In this document: piece by piece, positions 44,866-49,290 of the stretch
Layout of the letters: every line of letters starts with the position of its first letter
How positions within the stretch are numbered: position 1 is the first letter of the stretch
IMG/VR virus record: IMGVR_UViG_3300036796_000058
Coordinates: 1-49,290 of that record
Length of the DNA: 49,290 nucleotides
Direction: 5' to 3' (one strand)
DNA from: a virus
Taxonomy: Duplodnaviria; Caudoviricetes
Program-made: the position numbers and the translations under genes
Notes under the pieces: generated by a model
Seen by the model: the letters and a program-made list of their open reading frames with translations, nothing else
Told to the model about the DNA's origin: nothing
Database searches by the model: none

Positions 44866-45347
44866 GCATGACAACATTCACAAAAGAACGAGTGAAATGG
44901 CTTCACGATGCCGCGACAGAGCTAGCCAGCACAAAGATGAAAATGACAATGAAGCCAGCGGAAGTTTTGCAGTTGACAACCGCATTGCTGGCATCGCTGG
45001 AAGCTAAGCCGGTGGCGTGGACAGACGAAGAAGAGCTACGTTCTGGCGATAATGAAGTGTGGATGTGGAAAGCGCCTCATGGCTTCGGAAGAGATATCCC
45101 ACTCTACGCCGCCCCGCCCTCGCCGGTAATCCCGGATGGCTATGCGCTAGTGCCAATCGAGCCGACAGAGAACATGGTTATCGATGGGTTTGAGTCTAAG
45201 CCGGATTCTTTCTTTAGCGCCCCCGATGAATGGGCCGCATATGAGGCTATGAGTGGATGCCAGCAGGCAGCGCATAAAGCCCGGTTGTGCTGGGGGCAAT
45301 GCTCGCAGCCGCACCGCAGTTTAAGTGATTTTCAAGAATCAGTTTGA
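44862..45347 (+). CDS. Eaa-like mosaic protein with a probable C-terminal frameshift
   Basis: LASLEAKPVAW, PLYAAPP, PDGYALVPIEPTENM modules; AMLAAAPQ is out of frame after 45296. Confidence 0.65.
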   Translation: MSMTTFTKERVKWLHDAATELASTKMKMTMKPAEVLQLTTALLASLEAKPVAWTDEEELRSGDNEVWMWKAPHGFGRDIPLYAAPPSPVIPDGYALVPIEPTENMVIDGFESKPDSFFSAPDEWAAYEAMSGCQQAAHKARLCWGQCSQPHRSLSDFQESV

Positions 45348-45390
45348 GAACGGCCTGTGCTCTACAGTGCAGGCCGACCAGAGGTGAACC

Positions 45391-45603
45391 ATGCCACAGG
45401 TCATTTTTAACGAAGAATGGGTTGTTGCAACAAAGCTTACGGAGAAAACAGGGCTGAGTGAACGGCAGATTAAGGCGCTGCGTAGCGGCGTTTGGATTGA
45501 AGGTATTCACTATAAACGCCAATCAGTTACCGGCGGAGAAACTCAGCGCGGTTTGCTTTGGTACAACTTCCCGTTAATAAATAAGCTGATCCAGGAGTTG
45601 TAA
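45391..45603 (+). CDS. Excisionase
   Basis: 70 aa, WIEGIHYK...LWYN motif; overlaps the integrase start. Confidence 0.85.
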   Translation: MPQVIFNEEWVVATKLTEKTGLSERQIKALRSGVWIEGIHYKRQSVTGGETQRGLLWYNFPLINKLIQEL

Positions 45604-46883
45604 TGACCTACCCAACCGGTATTGAGCTGCACAATGGCAAAATCAGAATATCTTTCACATATCGAGGCATACGTTGCCGCGAAGTGCTAAAAGGCTGGGT
45701 TGCCAGCAGCTCAAATATTAAAAAAGCCGGCAACCTTCGCATGCTGATTATCAGTGAGATCCAGCTGGGCCAGTTCGATTATGCGCTTCGCTTCCCTGAG
45801 TCGAAAGCAATCAAAAAATTCACGTCTACCCGGGTGGCTTATACGTGGGAGGAGCTTATCGCGTTATGGCTTGATGCTAAAGAAGAGGACGTGTCGAGAA
45901 ACACGATGTCACGCATTAAGGCGCAACTCAGGACAATGACAAAGATCATTGGGGGAAATACTTTAATAGCAGACATCACACACAGTGACATGATGCAGTA
46001 CAGGAAAGAATTGTTGCGCGGTGAGATGTTTTATAAAGACGGGAATAAACGAAAAAAAACTGGTCGCAGTGTGAATACGGTGAATGATTATATTTCTCTC
46101 ACCTGCCAGATCCTGCGCTTCGCACATCGGAGCCGATTTATTAACGATAAACCATTTGAGCATATACCGAAGCTACATAAAGACCGTACTAAACCAGATC
46201 CGTTAATGCGTGAAGACTATGCAGCGTTGATGTTGGCAAACTCGGGCCAGGATCGAAACATGTGGCAATTTGCAATAAACGCCGGAACGCGCCACGGTGA
46301 AATTGCTGCGCTAGCCTGGGATGATGTGGATTTTGAATCAGGGAAGCTTCACATCCGGCGGAACTTAACCAAGCTTGGTGATTTTGTTCCGCCGAAAACT
46401 TTGGCGGGCGACAGAGTCATAACTCTGCTGGCCCCTGCCCTTGAAGCCTTACGCGCTCAATATGCCCTGACGGGGAATTTGCAACAAACCGAAATCATTC
46501 AACATTTTCGAGAATACGGAAAAACAGAAGTGCAGAAACATCGGTTTGTATTCGTTTCGGGGTTATCGCAGGGCAACCCCGGCCCTTATCTCTCAACACA
46601 GTCAATAACCGACCGCTGGAATGTGTCAATCAAGAAGGCTGGCATACGCCGGAGAACTCCGTATCAGTCTCGCCACACGTTTGCGTGCTGGGCGTTATCT
46701 GCAGGAGCTAACCCTTCGTTTATCGCAAGCCAGCTCGGACATGAAGACTCAGAAATGGTGTTTCGAGTTTATTCGGCGTGGATAAAAGAGTTTGATGGCG
46801 AGCAGGTGAATATGCTCAATGAGAAATTAGGATTTGCCCCCAAACTGCCCCCTGCCGGGTTGAATCATAAAATAATAAAATAG
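45603..46883 (+). CDS. Prophage integrase (tyrosine recombinase with arm-binding domain)
   Basis: GTRHGE, PPKT, YQSRHTFA, QLGH, RVY; adjacent to the att repeat. Confidence 0.95.
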   Translation: MTYPTGIELHNGKIRISFTYRGIRCREVLKGWVASSSNIKKAGNLRMLIISEIQLGQFDYALRFPESKAIKKFTSTRVAYTWEELIALWLDAKEEDVSRNTMSRIKAQLRTMTKIIGGNTLIADITHSDMMQYRKELLRGEMFYKDGNKRKKTGRSVNTVNDYISLTCQILRFAHRSRFINDKPFEHIPKLHKDRTKPDPLMREDYAALMLANSGQDRNMWQFAINAGTRHGEIAALAWDDVDFESGKLHIRRNLTKLGDFVPPKTLAGDRVITLLAPALEALRAQYALTGNLQQTEIIQHFREYGKTEVQKHRFVFVSGLSQGNPGPYLSTQSITDRWNVSIKKAGIRRRTPYQSRHTFACWALSAGANPSFIASQLGHEDSEMVFRVYSAWIKEFDGEQVNMLNEKLGFAPKLPPAGLNHKIIK

Positions 46884-46910
46884 AAACAATGAGTTACGAG
46901 CCACCCCCTC

Positions 46911-46925
46911 TACTATAGGGGGGTA
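46911..46925 (+). repeat. att core, integrase-side copy (TACTATAGGGGGGTA)
   Basis: Identical to 113-127. Confidence 0.9.
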
Positions 46926-46991
46926 TCCTATCCTGTTTTATTTGCTGCGTGCAATATCTTTAAGTACGTGGTCATGACTCGAAGGCAGCAC

Positions 46992-47018
46992 AAAAAAAGC
47001 CCGCTGTGTAAGCGGGCC
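46992..47018 (-). terminator. Intrinsic terminator of the yeaR-yoaG operon
   Basis: GCCCGCT/AGCGGGC stem plus T7 on the minus strand. Confidence 0.8.
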
Positions 47019-47052
47019 TTAGACTCAGACAATAAACTCTCGGGTCAGGAAC

Positions 47053-47235
47053 CTACCAGCCGCAAACATCGTGCTCGTTTTCAGTGTCATAGGCGCGAAC
47101 GGTATTCACCAGATCTTTGACCACGTCAGCCGCAACGTCCGGTATCAGCAGGGTCATCGGCGCTTCGGTTTCATAGTCCACGGAAACGCCGTTGCTGTTA
47201 TTGGTAACGGTCACGGTATAGGTTGCTTTGCTCAT
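47053..47235 (-). CDS. yoaG: DUF1869 protein YoaG
   Basis: KATYTVTVTNNSNGVSVDYETE...ENEHDVCGW. Confidence 0.9.
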   Translation of the reverse strand: MSKATYTVTVTNNSNGVSVDYETEAPMTLLIPDVAADVVKDLVNTVRAYDTENEHDVCGW

Positions 47236-47237
47236 CG

Positions 47238-47588
47238 TTAGCCTCTGTGCGTGTTCACAACTTTACCGATACCGGAGCCGGAAAGCGTTGCCTCGGGGTC
47301 GGCGAAGAAATCGATGTTGAAATAGGTGTCGTCGGTCAGCAGCTCAATGCGGTGCCATTTTTGCGGCGGCGAAATGCCGAATGAACCCGCTTCAATAATC
47401 ACCTCCATATCCGGCTCGGTAGCGTCGGCATCGGCAAAACCAAAGTATTTCACTGCGCCCTGCATGACGGACAGTCGACCATAAACGCCGGCTTTCGTAT
47501 TGTGATGGGTGAACAGCGCCTGCGGGGCGGTTTCTTTGTTCCAGAACGGCGTCGAGCGGGTGTGAACGTAATTTTCAGGAATGTGCAT
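47238..47588 (-). CDS. DUF1971 (YeaR/TehB N-terminal-like) cupin, paralogue 2
   Basis: HTRSTPFWNKETAP, GVYGRLSVMQGAVKY, PPQKWH. Confidence 0.85.
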   Translation of the reverse strand: MHIPENYVHTRSTPFWNKETAPQALFTHHNTKAGVYGRLSVMQGAVKYFGFADADATEPDMEVIIEAGSFGISPPQKWHRIELLTDDTYFNIDFFADPEATLSGSGIGKVVNTHRG

Positions 47589-47622
47589 TATCTGGTGCTC
47601 CTCATTCGTCAGGGCTGACCGC

Positions 47623-47949
47623 TCAGGCCTGTCTCAGGACTTCAGGGTCAACAAAAAATTCGATGTTGAAACAGGTATCAGGGGTCATCAGCTCGATGCA
47701 ATGCCAGATTTCCGGTGGGAAAACGCCAAAATGTCCGGCTTCAATCACGAAGGTGTCGTTAGGCTGAGGGCTGGTTTCATCGGCGAAGCCGAGGTATTTG
47801 ACCGCCCCGCGCATGACCGATAAACGCGGGTATACGCCGGGCCGCGTGCCCTTATCAAGATGGCGCTCAAAGATCCCCGGCGGGGCCGTTTGCCGAGTCC
47901 AGAATGGCGTGGATCGCGTATGGATATAGTGGGATGGTATACGAAGCAT
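47623..47949 (-). CDS. yeaR: DUF1971 protein YeaR
   Basis: MLRIPSHYIHTRSTPFW...FERHLDKGTRPGVYPRLSVM. Confidence 0.8.
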   Translation of the reverse strand: MLRIPSHYIHTRSTPFWTRQTAPPGIFERHLDKGTRPGVYPRLSVMRGAVKYLGFADETSPQPNDTFVIEAGHFGVFPPEIWHCIELMTPDTCFNIEFFVDPEVLRQA

Positions 47950-48019
47950 GGTTCCCCCTTCACAGGTTGTCACTTCATGCTTCGTATTAGACCACAGGTT
48001 GCCGGGCAAGATTTCTCAT

Positions 48020-48042
48020 AAAGTGCATTTTAAATGCATCTT
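48020..48042. promoter_or_regulatory. NsrR box (AAAGTGCATTTTAAATGCATCTT)
   Basis: 11-1-11 inverted repeat matching the NsrR consensus upstream of yeaR-yoaG, a known NsrR target in E. coli. Confidence 0.8.
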
Positions 48043-48046
48043 TATA

Positions 48047-49000
48047 TTATTTCTTTTGGGGGCGGGTAAACTGCTGCTCGGTGACCAGACTTCCCCACTG
48101 CGTGCCCTGCTCTTCAAGGGCCAGCATAAAACCGCAGGATTCGTACAGTCGTCTGGCGGCGTTCAGGCCTTTAAACGTCCACAGGTGCGTGACCTCGAAA
48201 CCCTGTTCGTCGCAAAAGGCCACGGCCTTTTCAATGAGACTGCGTCCGACTCCGCTGCCCCGACACCCCTCGTCCAGAATAAACCAGCGCAAATGCGCTT
48301 CGCCGGGGCCGAGATCCTCACCGTCTATAGCGACGGAGCCAACCACCCGGCCGTGACGCGTCGCCACCCAGATTTCGTTGCAGGGTTTATTCAGCCGCCC
48401 GACAAATTCGGCAATGCCCATCGCCACTTTGCTCTCAAAGAACTGACCAAAACTGTAGTTTCGGGAATAGTAATCGGCATGCATTTCCGCAACCCGGCCC
48501 ACGACGCCAGGGCAATAGCCGGTGCTGATGTCAATTTGATTGGTGATCCGGGCTGCTTCGCCGAGACGGCAGATCTTTAACGCCTGTGCATAGGCGGCGA
48601 GTCCCTGAGCCACGGCCTGCTGCTGGGAAGGATTCAAAACCTCAAGGGCGTTAGTGACCTGCAGCTGGCCGAAAGCATGAATGTTGTTGACGGTTTTCTG
48701 GCCTTTTACCGTCAGGAAGAGGGTTTTCACGCGGCTGTCCAGCCGATCCGCGCCTTCAGCAATTTCACCGGCCTTCACCAGCTTTGCCAGCATGCGGCTG
48801 ACGCTGGATTTCTCAAGCCCGAGCACCTGCACCAGCTGCGCCGCCGACATTTCTCCCTGCGATTCCAGCTCAAGCAGGCTGTGAACCGCCGAAGCGGAAT
48901 AGTCGGTGGCGGCAAGCGTGGCGTTCAGGAAGCCGAGTTCACGTACCATGGTGCGCGACGCCGCGCGAATTTCGGCGATTAAGGAAGAATCGATCGACAT
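48047..49000 (-). CDS. MarR-type HTH / GNAT acetyltransferase fusion
   Basis: LGLEKSSVSRML HTH; HLRWFIL...RGSGVG...AARRLYESCGF GNAT motifs. Confidence 0.9.
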   Translation of the reverse strand: MSIDSSLIAEIRAASRTMVRELGFLNATLAATDYSASAVHSLLELESQGEMSAAQLVQVLGLEKSSVSRMLAKLVKAGEIAEGADRLDSRVKTLFLTVKGQKTVNNIHAFGQLQVTNALEVLNPSQQQAVAQGLAAYAQALKICRLGEAARITNQIDISTGYCPGVVGRVAEMHADYYSRNYSFGQFFESKVAMGIAEFVGRLNKPCNEIWVATRHGRVVGSVAIDGEDLGPGEAHLRWFILDEGCRGSGVGRSLIEKAVAFCDEQGFEVTHLWTFKGLNAARRLYESCGFMLALEEQGTQWGSLVTEQQFTRPQKK

Positions 49001-49063
49001 GAGTCAGGCCTCAAAAATATAGTTGTACAATACAACCATGCGATCCTGTGCTCTGTCAACCGG

Positions 49064-49290
49064 CTAGCTTTGCTCGGCCACCAAAATCGCCAGCGTGTCG
49101 GGCTCCAGCGCTTTAAACAGGTGTTCTTCGTCGGCGGGATAGCAAATGTAATCCCCGGCGTTGAGCCGCTGGGGATTTTCCGTGGTGCCTACCAGCGCCC
49201 GCCCCTGAGTCACAATAATATGCTCCACGGAACCCGGCGTGTGCGGCTGAGAGAGGCGTTCTTCACCGGGCTGGGTCATCAGCAAATAGA
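49064..49290 (-). CDS. C-terminal cupin of an XRE/SutR-like regulator (5' end outside the window)
   Basis: SQPHTPGSVEHIIVTQG...LNAGDYICYPADEEH. Confidence 0.7.
   Translation of the reverse strand, partial: YLLMTQPGEERLSQPHTPGSVEHIIVTQGRALVGTTENPQRLNAGDYICYPADEEHLFKALEPDTLAILVAEQS

Larger units (their letters stand above)
113..46925. mobile_element. Integrated temperate prophage, apparently complete (lambdoid early region, contractile tail)
   Basis: 15-bp direct repeats at both ends, integrase beside the right repeat, full set of immunity, replication, lysis, packaging, head and tail modules; host genes on both flanks. Confidence 0.95.

Noticed and set aside
47948-48580. Long antisense ORFs (also 6557-7216, 32141-32731, 34613-35179, 43638-44255)
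   Set aside because: Shadows of well-supported genes on the other strand with no motifs or RBS

Overview
The window holds an apparently complete ~46.8 kb temperate prophage (113-46925) with a lambdoid/Gifsy-like early region and a contractile-tail (myovirus-type) morphogenesis region, in an enterobacterial chromosome. It is bounded by a 15-bp direct repeat (TACTATAGGGGGGTA) lying in the FrmR operator just upstream of frmR (left edge); yoaG, two yeaR-like genes, a MarR-GNAT gene and a partial cupin regulator lie to the right. Right to left the phage carries int/xis, an early-left operon (KilR-like, RecE-N/Rad52-like fusion, Gp157, ParB-like, Ead/Eaa-like), a DicA-like non-cleavable repressor with Cro and CII-like genes, O/P-like replication, a LexA-boxed dinI/antirepressor-position operon, three DNA methyltransferases, Q, lysis, packaging, head, tail, tail fibre and a LexA-boxed umuD-like pair. 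The most unusual part is the ~3.8 kb segment between lysis and packaging (24993-28861): a late-strand Maf-like/GT9-like glycosyltransferase + SAM-methyltransferase trio and an opposite-strand operon with an arm-less lambda-Int-like recombinase, bracketed by two 36-nt covarying hairpins sharing the same 6-nt centre. All calls come from motif recognition and gene order by eye; no searches were run.
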